Origin: an uncultured Alistipes sp.
Lineage (GTDB): Bacteria; Bacteroidota; Bacteroidia; Bacteroidales; Rikenellaceae
Reading direction: 5' to 3'
Assembly (NCBI GenBank): GCA_900769445.1
Contig: CAAGGR010000115.1
Span: 118,397 to 142,396 of the forward strand
DNA length: 24,000 nt
Position 1 is the first letter of the stretch; every line of letters starts with the position of its first letter. A program made the position numbers and the translations under genes. Below are positions 14,437 through 22,167 of this stretch, piece after piece. The notes beneath the pieces were generated by a model that saw only the letters and a list, made by a program, of their open reading frames with translations, ran no database searches and was not told where the DNA came from.

Positions 14437-16836
14437 TTATCTACCTCCAAATGTTATGCGAAGTTTTGCATAAAAGGCTCTGCCTGCCTTCTGAAGGCTA
14501 AAGTTGTCGTATAGTCGCTCGTTTGTTAGGTTACGACACTCGGCAGAGATATTGTATTTGCCACCTTTAAGAGTGTAACTTAGCGATATGTTGTGCGAGA
14601 ATTGGTTAGGCACCATATAGTCATCCTTGTTCGAGCCTATGCGTGACGAGTAGTAGTAGAAGTGGTGTGTATATTGGTTGTCGTATGTTAGAGATAGTGT
14701 ATTACCCTTTGCTGCAAAGTTGTGCCATGATAGGGTTAGGAATGTGTCTGCAAAGAGATATGGGATGTTTGGCATTCGGTCGCCATAACCGAGATTTGGC
14801 ATAGATGAGCCTATGGCCGTAGGCATATTGTCGCGTACATCCATATATGTAAAGTTGCCACCTACAGAGATAATGCGAGAGTAGCTATATCGTGCAGATG
14901 CGCTTGCTCCCATCGTGCTTACGCGACCATAGTTAATATAACTTGCTGCCGCCTTACCACCACTTATATCTACGATATTACGCTGAATATAGTCGTTTGT
15001 ATTGCGCCTTACAAAGCCACCCTCGAGATATAGGCTATGTTCGCCATTTCTGCCATACGACCCTGTGTAGCTAAGGCTAAGGTTTAGGTTATCACTACTT
15101 TCTGGGCGAATGCCAATATCTCCCATTTCAAGGTCCTCGTCGCCGAACATCTCTTCGATTGTAGGTAGGCGGTAGGCGCGTTCAAAGGATAGCTTAGCCT
15201 GTATCGAGGGTGTTAGGTAGTATGTGCTGGCAGCGCCGTAACCAACAGCATCCTCGCTACGCGATGTAGCAACAAAGTTGGTCATATTACTATCTGTGGC
15301 AATTGGTCCACGCACCTTTAAGATGTAGTACTTGGCAAAGAGCGATGCGTTCCAACGCTCGGATGGTGCAAGTCGATATTGTAGACCAGTGATATTTTTG
15401 GTTGTCTGTTTGTCGATATTATCGTTTGCAGCCTCCTTTGCAAGAAGTGAGGTGTTAGAGCGACTAAAGTGTGTTAGTACATTGTTGAAGGTGAAGGTGT
15501 GTGCCTCGTTTAGTTGGTAGTTAAGTGTTGTGGTTGTATTCCAACTATGGTTTGTTGAGCGGGTATGCTGGTATGACTGCTCGCCTGGCGAGTTTAGACG
15601 CTTAGTGTCGCCCAACCAATTATATTTGTATTGCGCGGTGTCAATGTTGTATGTGATGTTGTGATTGTAGTTGGCAGTAACTGTGAGGTCTAACCCTTCA
15701 ACACCCAAATCGCGCTTTACATACTCCATAGAGGGCATCAAGGAGTTTCCACGACGTAGCTTATCGCCATAGACAATCTCTTGACGAACACCTGTCTGTA
15801 TCTCCTTGTAAAACTGCGAGTAGTTGAGTGTGAACATCAATCGGTCTGCCCACTCCTTTTTTACTACACCGACCTTAGCAACAAGGCTCTCATTGTGATA
15901 TGTGTCGTGGAAACGCTCCACTTGTTGAAGTTTTGAACGATCTATGCGACCAGTTTCAAAATCCTCGATTGGAACATCTACTTTGTAGTTGTTGCGTGAG
16001 TAGTTCTGAAAGGCGTATACCTCCCACGTAAGACCACTCTTGAGTCTCTCTCCTACATTTACAGATGTACGATGTGTTGAGAATGAACCAAATGAGTATG
16101 AGGCATCTGCCCACCAGCTGCGACGCGTTTTCTTGGTTACAATATTGATGACGCCACCCAATGCATCTGCTCCAAAGCCAACTGGAACGACACCACGATA
16201 TACCTCAATACGGTCGGCATAGCCTGCAGGTATGTTGTTGAGAGAAAAGGCATTGCCTACGCCCTCCTGTGGAACACCGTCGATGAAAATTTTGACATGC
16301 TTGCCCGCGAAGCCATCTATCATAAGTGACATATCTGAGCCTACACCTCCCGACTCACGTAGTTTTAGTCCAGGGGCATTTGCTAAGGCGTCGGCAAGGT
16401 TTTTGGTAGAGTTTCTAAGTGGCTTTGTATCTACGGCTACGGCGTTGAATGCCGAGTGTCGAATATTGCCGACACCCGATGCCGACACCACAACGGCATC
16501 AATCTCTGTTGCTGCCTCGGTGAGCTGAAAGTCGACATTTGCATTGGAGTGTGGTGAAACCTCGATGCTACTATCGGCATATCCCATCATCTGTGCTGTG
16601 AGTTTGATGTTGCCTTTAGGTGTATGTAATGTGTAGCGACCCTCATTATCTGAGGTTGTGCCGAGGGTGGTATTCTCGATGTATATCGTAGCGTATGGTA
16701 GAGCATTGCCATCACTATCCTGCACCACACCGCTAATCATTATCAATGATGGTGGCTCAGTGGCAAATAGCGGTATAGATATTAATAGTGATATTATAAA
16801 TAGAGTATATCTTCGTATTGCACCCATAGTTACCAT
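14437..16836 (-). CDS. TonB-dependent outer membrane receptor with N-terminal carboxypeptidase-regulatory-like domain (XusA-like)
   Basis: 799 aa with a signal peptide and a CarboxypepD_reg-like segment ISGVVQDSDGNALPYATIYIENT...GRYTL. Plug motifs IEVYRGVVPVGFGADALGGVINIVTKK. A long beta-barrel with an aromatic-rich C-terminus. An alternative ATG lies at 16827. Confidence 0.92.
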   Translation of the reverse strand: MVTMGAIRRYTLFIISLLISIPLFATEPPSLIMISGVVQDSDGNALPYATIYIENTTLGTTSDNEGRYTLHTPKGNIKLTAQMMGYADSSIEVSPHSNANVDFQLTEAATEIDAVVVSASGVGNIRHSAFNAVAVDTKPLRNSTKNLADALANAPGLKLRESGGVGSDMSLMIDGFAGKHVKIFIDGVPQEGVGNAFSLNNIPAGYADRIEVYRGVVPVGFGADALGGVINIVTKKTRRSWWADASYSFGSFSTHRTSVNVGERLKSGLTWEVYAFQNYSRNNYKVDVPIEDFETGRIDRSKLQQVERFHDTYHNESLVAKVGVVKKEWADRLMFTLNYSQFYKEIQTGVRQEIVYGDKLRRGNSLMPSMEYVKRDLGVEGLDLTVTANYNHNITYNIDTAQYKYNWLGDTKRLNSPGEQSYQHTRSTNHSWNTTTTLNYQLNEAHTFTFNNVLTHFSRSNTSLLAKEAANDNIDKQTTKNITGLQYRLAPSERWNASLFAKYYILKVRGPIATDSNMTNFVATSRSEDAVGYGAASTYYLTPSIQAKLSFERAYRLPTIEEMFGDEDLEMGDIGIRPESSDNLNLSLSYTGSYGRNGEHSLYLEGGFVRRNTNDYIQRNIVDISGGKAAASYINYGRVSTMGASASARYSYSRIISVGGNFTYMDVRDNMPTAIGSSMPNLGYGDRMPNIPYLFADTFLTLSWHNFAAKGNTLSLTYDNQYTHHFYYYSSRIGSNKDDYMVPNQFSHNISLSYTLKGGKYNISAECRNLTNERLYDNFSLQKAGRAFYAKLRITFGGR

Positions 16837-16857
16837 AGTTTACTAATTTCTACGGTG

Positions 16858-16888
16858 CAAAGATACTCTGCCTATAAAAGGTGGGCAA
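16858..16888 (-). promoter_or_regulatory. Promoter of the TonB-receptor operon (-7 TATCTTTG, -33-like TTGC)
   Basis: CAAAGATA at 16858-16865 and GCAA at 16885-16888, with a 19-nt spacer. It lies 21 nt upstream of ATG 16836. Confidence 0.55.
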
Positions 16889-16914
16889 TCGCCTAATATG
16901 GGGAAATCATATCG

Positions 16915-16941
16915 CTCTACTCCCTAAAATATGGGGTAGAG
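16915..16941 (-). terminator. Hairpin downstream of mnmA (possible terminator)
   Basis: CTCTAC(t)CCC / GGGGTAGAG gives 9 bp with one bulge. The following sequence is only moderately T-rich. Confidence 0.4.
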
Positions 16942-16975
16942 TAGCGCGAATTTATATGAATATGTGGTAAAAACT

Positions 16976-18148
16976 CTACTTTATTACACCACTACCCACA
17001 ACGATATCATTAGAATACCACGCCGCAAACTGACCTGCAGTGATGCCTCGTTGTGGCTCGTCAAAGAGGATATATAGAGTATCCTCCTCCATTATTAGCT
17101 CCGCCTTTTGGAGTGGCTGGCGGTAGCGTATGCGAACATCGTATCTGCGACGCTCGCCAATCTCCATCCTATCGACTGGGTCTACCCAGTGTATCTCGTT
17201 TTTTGCAATACACAAAGCCTTGCGGTAGAGTCCTGGATGGTTGTCGCCCTCGCCAACGTAGATGACATTCTCCGTAACATCAGTGCCGATAACAAACAAC
17301 GACTCCTTGCGACCACCAATACCTAAACCCTTGCGCTGACCGATGGTGTAGAAGTGCGCACCCTGATGTGTGCCAATCTTCTTGCCGTCGCGAACGGTTA
17401 GACGATATGGCTCAGATAGAGCTTTGTAATCTCCCTCGTCGCAGTTGCGCACAAAGCGTGGTGAGTGGGGTAGTATCTCGTGAATATTGCCCTCTTTGGA
17501 CTTGAGTTTTTGCTGTAGAAATACGGGTAAATCTACCTTTCCAACAAAGCATATGCCCTGTGAGTCTTTGCGCTTTGCTGTGGCAAGTTTCTGCTCCTCG
17601 GCGATACGTCTAACCTCAGGCTTTAGTAGGTCGCCAATGGGAAACATTGCATATGATAACTGCTCCTGCGTGAGTTGACAAAGGAAGTAGCTTTGATCCT
17701 TGTTTGGATCGCTTCCTGCGAGGAGTTGATAATGTGTATTACCCTCGCTGTCAACATATTCGCCGCGTCTGCAATAGTGACCTGTGGCTACACGCTCAGC
17801 GCCAAGTTTTAATGCCTCTTTTAGGAATACATCGAACTTGATTTCGCGATTACAAAGTACATCTGGATTGGGTGTTCGCCCCGCCTCATACTCGGCAAAC
17901 ATATAATCCACTACGCGCTTGCGATACTCCTCAGAGAGATCTACATAATGGAACTCGATATCGAGGCGTTTAGCCACAAGCTCGGCAAATACCTGGTCGT
18001 CATACCAAGGGCAGTCGCCCTCGAGTGTGCCTGTTGTGTCGTGCCAATTACGCATGAAGAGTCCGATGACTTCGTGTCCCTGCTCCTTGAGCAAGTACGC
18101 TGCCACCGAAGAGTCTACACCGCCAGAAAGCCCGACTACAACACGCAT
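16976..18148 (-). CDS. mnmA: tRNA 2-thiouridine(34) synthase MnmA
   Basis: PP-loop VVGLSGGVDSSVAAYLL, plus NPDVLCN and DQSYFL motifs. Confidence 0.96.
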   Translation of the reverse strand: MRVVVGLSGGVDSSVAAYLLKEQGHEVIGLFMRNWHDTTGTLEGDCPWYDDQVFAELVAKRLDIEFHYVDLSEEYRKRVVDYMFAEYEAGRTPNPDVLCNREIKFDVFLKEALKLGAERVATGHYCRRGEYVDSEGNTHYQLLAGSDPNKDQSYFLCQLTQEQLSYAMFPIGDLLKPEVRRIAEEQKLATAKRKDSQGICFVGKVDLPVFLQQKLKSKEGNIHEILPHSPRFVRNCDEGDYKALSEPYRLTVRDGKKIGTHQGAHFYTIGQRKGLGIGGRKESLFVIGTDVTENVIYVGEGDNHPGLYRKALCIAKNEIHWVDPVDRMEIGERRRYDVRIRYRQPLQKAELIMEEDTLYILFDEPQRGITAGQFAAWYSNDIVVGSGVIK

Positions 18149-18169
18149 ATATTGAGTGAATTACGGCGA

Positions 18170-18772
18170 TTATTTGATTAGTTGCATAAACTCATCGCGA
18201 GTGCGAGGATCTGAGAGAAATACACCTGTAAATGCAGAGGTTGTAGTGATAGAACGTTGCTTCTCAACGCCACGCATCTGCATACAAGTATGGCTTGCCT
18301 CGATAACTACAGCTACGCCCAATGGGTTTAGTGCCTGCTGGATGCTATCGCGAATCTGTACGGTAAGACGCTCTTGTACTTGTAGTCTGCGAGCAAAGCA
18401 CTCAACAACGCGCGCAATCTTCGAAAGGCCAGTGATGTGTCCATTAGGAATGTAGGCAACGTGCGCTTTGCCGATAAATGGTAGCATATGATGTTCGCAA
18501 ACAGAGAAGAGTTCGATATCCTTTACCAATACCATCTGCTGGTACTCCTCCTTAAACATCGCAGAACGTAGAATGGCAATAGGATCCTGTGCGTATCCCT
18601 TTGTGATAAATGACATCGCCTTAGCTACGCGCTCAGGGGTCTTGATAAGTCCCTCGCGGTCTGGATCCTCGCCAAGAAGACGGAGAATCTCGCGATAGTG
18701 TACCATCAACTCCTCAATCTTATCCTGATTGTATATATCCTCTCGTTTGTAGTTTGTAATTACCTCGCTCAT
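18170..18772 (-). CDS. folE: GTP cyclohydrolase I
   Basis: 200 aa with the [20 protein letters not shown] active-site motif and the C-terminal HTCMQMRGV motif. Confidence 0.96.
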   Translation of the reverse strand: MSEVITNYKREDIYNQDKIEELMVHYREILRLLGEDPDREGLIKTPERVAKAMSFITKGYAQDPIAILRSAMFKEEYQQMVLVKDIELFSVCEHHMLPFIGKAHVAYIPNGHITGLSKIARVVECFARRLQVQERLTVQIRDSIQQALNPLGVAVVIEASHTCMQMRGVEKQRSITTTSAFTGVFLSDPRTRDEFMQLIK

Positions 18773-18791
18773 ATATTTATATATTATTTAG

Positions 18792-18823
18792 CAAATGTAT
18801 GTATTTTAATGGGAATGTGCAAA
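18792..18823 (-). promoter_or_regulatory. Promoter of folE-mnmA (-7 TACATTTG, -33 TTTG)
   Basis: CAAATGTA at 18792-18799 and CAAA at 18820-18823, with a 20-nt spacer. Confidence 0.6.
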
Positions 18824-18919
18824 TTTGGGGGTAAAAAAGAGATTGTTTAACAGGCTAAATGGTTGCTTGTCAAACAATTTTATATCTTTTATATTATTGA
18901 TATTGTGTGTTGTAGTAGC

Positions 18920-19414
18920 TTACAACTCAAGAAGTCCGTCAGGAAGTACGAACTTGATTTTGCGCTTTTCGAAGTCAATGTTTGCTATAAACTCCTCTTG
19001 CGCAGGGATAAGATGGCTCTTTCCGTCGAGTGTAATTTCAAAGAGAGGGTTTGCCTCGCTATCGTAGTAGTCGGAAATCTCTCCACGACGCTTGCCTACC
19101 ATTGCAGTAAAGCCAATCAAATCCTCCATGTAAAACTCGTCATCTTCCTCGTTGTTACTATCCTCGATAAATAGCTCGCGGCCGACTAAAAACTCCTCGG
19201 CACGACGCTCTGTGTCGATATCGTCGAAGTGAACTACTGCGCCAGCCTGTCCGCGACGCTCGAATGATGAATAAAAAATAGGAACCGCGAGTTTGTCGAT
19301 AATGACAAACAGCGGTTCCGTTGGTTGTAGATTGTCTGGGAAGTTTGTGTAGAGCGTAATCATCACTCCACCATCTGTGCCGAAGAGTCGGCCTATACGT
19401 CCCACGGCAATCAT
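18920..19414 (-). CDS. rimM: 16S rRNA processing protein RimM
   Basis: 164 aa. The VGRIGRLFGTDGGV N-terminus matches the RimM pattern, there is a PRC-barrel-like C-terminus, and the gene lies immediately downstream of rpsP (14-nt gap). Confidence 0.88.
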   Translation of the reverse strand: MIAVGRIGRLFGTDGGVMITLYTNFPDNLQPTEPLFVIIDKLAVPIFYSSFERRGQAGAVVHFDDIDTERRAEEFLVGRELFIEDSNNEEDDEFYMEDLIGFTAMVGKRRGEISDYYDSEANPLFEITLDGKSHLIPAQEEFIANIDFEKRKIKFVLPDGLLEL

Positions 19415-19428
19415 AGCACCGATAAGGA

Positions 19429-19965
19429 TTAAGCCTCAGCAGTCTCCTCAGCAGCTGCCTCCTCTGTAGCCTCCTCAGCTGCAGCAGCAGCGGCCTCAGC
19501 AGCAGCCTGTGCCTTCTTCTCAGCGATAGCTGCAGCACGCTCCTCCTTAACCTTAGTCTCAGCAGCGAGCTGTGCCTTCTTTGCAGAGTTAGCGTCAGCA
19601 GCAAGCTTGTTAGACTTAGCGTCGATCTTAGCCTGCTTGTCGCCAGCCCACTTGTTGAAGCGAGCCTCAGCCTCAGCCTCAGTGAATGCGCCCTTAGCAA
19701 CGCCACCCAAAAGGTGCTTCATATACATTACACCCTTGTACGAGAGAATAGCTCGACAAGTATCTGTAGGTTGTGCGCCCTTACAAACCCAATCCAAAGC
19801 TCGGTCGAACTTCAAATCGATTGTAGCAGGATTCGTGTTTGGGTTGTATGTACCCAACTTCTCGATGAACTTACCATCACGTGGCGCTCTGCTATCTGCG
19901 GCAACGATGTGGTAGAAAGCATAACCCTTCTTACCATGACGTGCCAAACGAATTTTAACAGCCAT
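19429..19965 (-). CDS. rpsP: 30S ribosomal protein S16 with a long Ala/Glu/Lys-rich C-terminal extension
   Basis: [42 protein letters not shown] is canonical S16. Residues from about 90 to 178 are low-complexity A/E/K. Confidence 0.96.
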   Translation of the reverse strand: MAVKIRLARHGKKGYAFYHIVAADSRAPRDGKFIEKLGTYNPNTNPATIDLKFDRALDWVCKGAQPTDTCRAILSYKGVMYMKHLLGGVAKGAFTEAEAEARFNKWAGDKQAKIDAKSNKLAADANSAKKAQLAAETKVKEERAAAIAEKKAQAAAEAAAAAAEEATEEAAAEETAEA

Positions 19966-20027
19966 TTGCTATAAAATTTTATTGGTTAATAAATAAATAC
20001 GCATAACCCATCTGGGTTTTCAGCGCG

Positions 20028-20058
20028 CAAATATACGAACTATTTTCTAAGTGGCAAA
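20028..20058 (-). promoter_or_regulatory. Promoter of rpsP-rimM (-7 TATATTTG, -33 TTTG)
   Basis: CAAATATA at 20028-20035 and CAAA at 20055-20058, with a 19-nt spacer. Confidence 0.6.
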
Positions 20059-20148
20059 ATATTCTTAATAAAAAATAGTTAAAACTCGCTCGTGGAATAG
20101 TATTTGTACCCGATAGTGTGCAGTTTAACCATTTAATATGTTAAAATT

Positions 20149-20616
20149 ATGATGCCAGTTAAGAGATTTAATCGTATGCCAAGTATGCTTGGCGACCTGT
20201 TTGTGGAGCAGTGGCCAGAGTTGTACACAAAGCGCAGCTCTACACCTCAAATCAATGTCATCGAGACCGACAAGAAGTTCAAAATCGAGATCGCAGCTCC
20301 TGGTATGACAAAGGATGATATGCGCGTGGAACTAAATAATGAGAATCAGCTTGTTGTCTGCTTGGAGAAGGAGGTTGAGAAGGATGCTAATGGTAAGGAG
20401 TGTTGTGGCGACGAGGACTGCTCTAAAGATGAGAAGCATCACTACCTACGTCGTGAGTTTACCTACACCTCATTCCGCCAGATATTCAACCTCCCAGAGA
20501 GTGTCGATAAGGATAAAATCTCTGCAAAGATGAGTCATGGTGTGCTTAAAATCAAACTCCCAAAGCACGAGGGTGGAGAGAAGTTGCCAGAGATGAAGAG
20601 AATAGCAATCGAATAG
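20149..20616 (+). CDS. Hsp20/alpha-crystallin small heat-shock protein
   Basis: Alpha-crystallin domain INVIETDKKFKIEIAAPGMTKDDMRVEL...YLRREFTYTSFRQIFNLPESVDKDKISAKMSHGVLKIKLPK, with an inserted segment GKECCGDEDCSKDEKHH. Confidence 0.92.
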   Translation: MMPVKRFNRMPSMLGDLFVEQWPELYTKRSSTPQINVIETDKKFKIEIAAPGMTKDDMRVELNNENQLVVCLEKEVEKDANGKECCGDEDCSKDEKHHYLRREFTYTSFRQIFNLPESVDKDKISAKMSHGVLKIKLPKHEGGEKLPEMKRIAIE

Positions 20617-20703
20617 AGATAGTATAACGAGATTGTCTATTTGAGAGGGAGCGTGTCTATTTTTTTTATGGGCACGCTCTTGTGTTATCTCCAAAATTAG
20701 TGT

Positions 20704-20711
20704 TATCTTTG
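20704..20711 (+). promoter_or_regulatory. -7 box TATCTTTG upstream of the yjbR-family gene
   Basis: Exact TAnnTTTG match 26 nt upstream of ATG 20738. It overlaps the inverted repeat at 20706-20734. Confidence 0.5.
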
Positions 20712-20734
20712 TAGAGTTAGATAGACTACAAAGA
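20706..20734. promoter_or_regulatory. 9-bp inverted repeat overlapping the yjbR-family -7 box
   Basis: TCTTTGTAG (20706-20714) and CTACAAAGA (20726-20734) are separated by an 11-nt spacer. The repeat ends 3 nt before the ATG. Confidence 0.55.
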
Positions 20735-20737
20735 GTG

Positions 20738-21139
20738 ATGGATATAGTAACATTTCGTGAATATTGCCTCTCGTTGCCAGAGGTGGAGGAGACCCTCCCA
20801 TTTGATGATGACACGCTTGTATATAAGGTGTCAGGGCGTATGTTTGCGATGATATCCATCAGTCGCCCAGACCACTTCGCGGTTAAATGTCATCCCGATA
20901 GGGCGTTGCTTATTTGTGATAGGTATTCAGAGATTACGCCCGGCTGGCATCTAAATAAGCGCCACTGGAACGATGTGAGTATAGTTGGTGAGTTAACAGA
21001 CAGCTTCTTAAAGGCGGAAATTCGTCACTCCTATTTTGCTGTTGTGCGCAAAAACGTAACACCTCGCGAGCGCCGTGATATGGTACTCGCTCTGGCTGTA
21101 GATGCGGGTGTGGTGGATGATGCTGAGTGGATAGAGTAG
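20738..21139 (+). CDS. MmcQ/YjbR-family protein
   Basis: The track ORF starts at GTG 20735, and an ATG follows at 20738. FREYCLSLPEVEETLPFDDDTLVYKVSGRMFAM...PGWHLNKRHWNDV matches the YjbR family pattern. Confidence 0.85.
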   Translation: MDIVTFREYCLSLPEVEETLPFDDDTLVYKVSGRMFAMISISRPDHFAVKCHPDRALLICDRYSEITPGWHLNKRHWNDVSIVGELTDSFLKAEIRHSYFAVVRKNVTPRERRDMVLALAVDAGVVDDAEWIE

Positions 21140-21142
21140 CTC

Positions 21143-21574
21143 TTACTGCTCGCTCTTCTCTCTTAGCATCCTCGATATCTCGGCAAGGGTGCGGAGTATC
21201 GCCCACGATATCATAGTGGTTGCAAAGATTAATACAGCTGCGCAGATTGCCCAAATCATTGGAGCATCAACACCAAAGTCTATAATTATTGGAGCTATTA
21301 ATGCGCCAAAGGTGCAGAAGAGTCCCAATACTAAGATTATATCGCCAGCATTTACAAGAACAGCCTCACGGAAGATATACTTCGATTTTGGGTGTGGCTC
21401 GGCATTGGTGTAGTTCTCGCGCTTGATAATACACTCGATACCCTCGGGTATAGCCTCTGTTTCAGACTCCTCTGGTCGCTCTGCAGAACATGCTGGACAG
21501 ATATTTATATCGTTGCTAATAAGTGTGTTGCAGTTTCTGCACAACCACGTCTCTCTCTCCATATTCTCGCTCAT
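21143..21574 (-). CDS. Hypothetical zinc-ribbon protein with two C-terminal TM helices
   Basis: 143 aa. N-terminal CRNC-x12-CPAC zinc-ribbon motif, then hydrophobic stretches GDIILVLGLFCTFGALIAPIII and MIWAICAAVLIFATTMISWAIL. It lies 9 nt downstream of the 86-aa gene. Confidence 0.65.
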   Translation of the reverse strand: MSENMERETWLCRNCNTLISNDINICPACSAERPEESETEAIPEGIECIIKRENYTNAEPHPKSKYIFREAVLVNAGDIILVLGLFCTFGALIAPIIIDFGVDAPMIWAICAAVLIFATTMISWAILRTLAEISRMLREKSEQ

Positions 21575-21583
21575 AGTTCGATG

Positions 21584-21844
21584 CTATTTTGTTGCTTCTG
21601 AGTGGTCGATATCGCAGCCTGCACAGTTGCCCGAACAGAGGTTGTCGCTCTCGCAATCAGTTAGACCCATATCTTCGCGAGTCTCCTGTACGGCGCACTT
21701 AATACCCATCTTTTGCATATTGGGGTTTGTCGAAATTTCCGACTGGATATGGTGCCCTTTGATTAGGTATGTGAGCGCCATCGAGAGGGCGAAAAAGGCA
21801 ACTACTACAATCGCTGCTATGATAGTAAATAGAATAGTTGACAT
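21584..21844 (-). CDS. Small Cys-rich membrane protein (N-terminal TM helix, C-terminal CSGNCAGC cluster)
   Basis: 86 aa. TM helix ILFTIIAAIVVVAFFALSMALTYLI, and a C-terminal region with 6 Cys including C-x3-C-x2-C. A TAAATTTG -7 box lies at 21878-21885. The layout recalls the NqrM / FeoB-associated Cys-rich membrane peptides, but I cannot assign it. Confidence 0.6.
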   Translation of the reverse strand: MSTILFTIIAAIVVVAFFALSMALTYLIKGHHIQSEISTNPNMQKMGIKCAVQETREDMGLTDCESDNLCSGNCAGCDIDHSEATK

Positions 21845-21877
21845 ACTAAATTTTCAATTTAATTGTAAATTTCGATG

Positions 21878-21909
21878 CAAATTTATATATTTGCGGAGTA
21901 TTTTGCAAA
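21878..21909 (-). promoter_or_regulatory. Promoter of the small Cys-rich gene pair (-7 TAAATTTG, -33 TTTG)
   Basis: CAAATTTA at 21878-21885 and CAAA at 21906-21909, with a 20-nt spacer. Confidence 0.55.
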
Positions 21910-22167
21910 TGTTATAGTTCGTCGTTAGATGACGGCTGTATATAATTGTTTTATATTCAGGTAGGTTCTATAAATTAGGTCGTGATGATTTTGAAAAATT
22001 ATTTCGAACAGATATTTCATCTATTGCGAAGGAGCAATGCAAGCATTGTAACTGAGTAAAGATGGAATATATGTCAAAATAGATTCAAAAGCATCCGAAA
22101 TAGAGTCGCGGTAATAACGAATGTTAATTTACTAATTTGTTGAACATACCTGCTACTTATTTAGTGT

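Noticed and set aside
19158-19706. 182-aa Arg/Leu/Ser-rich ORF overlapping rpsP and rimM on the same strand
   Set aside because: It is a frame-shifted reading of the GCAGC/GCCTC-rich DNA that encodes the S16 Ala/Glu tail. The composition is that of a low-complexity shadow ORF, and both overlapped genes are strongly supported.
20649-20680. Hairpin GAGCGTG..CACGCTC after hsp20 as an intrinsic terminator
   Set aside because: The T-run lies in the 17-nt loop rather than after the stem, and the stem is only 7 bp. It may still terminate transcription, but I cannot support the call.
21845-22167. Long (about 320 nt) non-coding region upstream of trkA as a possible riboswitch or leader, including a 24-codon ORF at 21985
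   Set aside because: I could find no extended conserved-looking helices and no motif I recognise (for example the c-di-AMP ydaO type). There are only short hairpins such as CAATGC-AA-GCATTG, the mini-ORF has no supporting signal, and part of the region is the divergent promoter of the Cys-rich gene pair.
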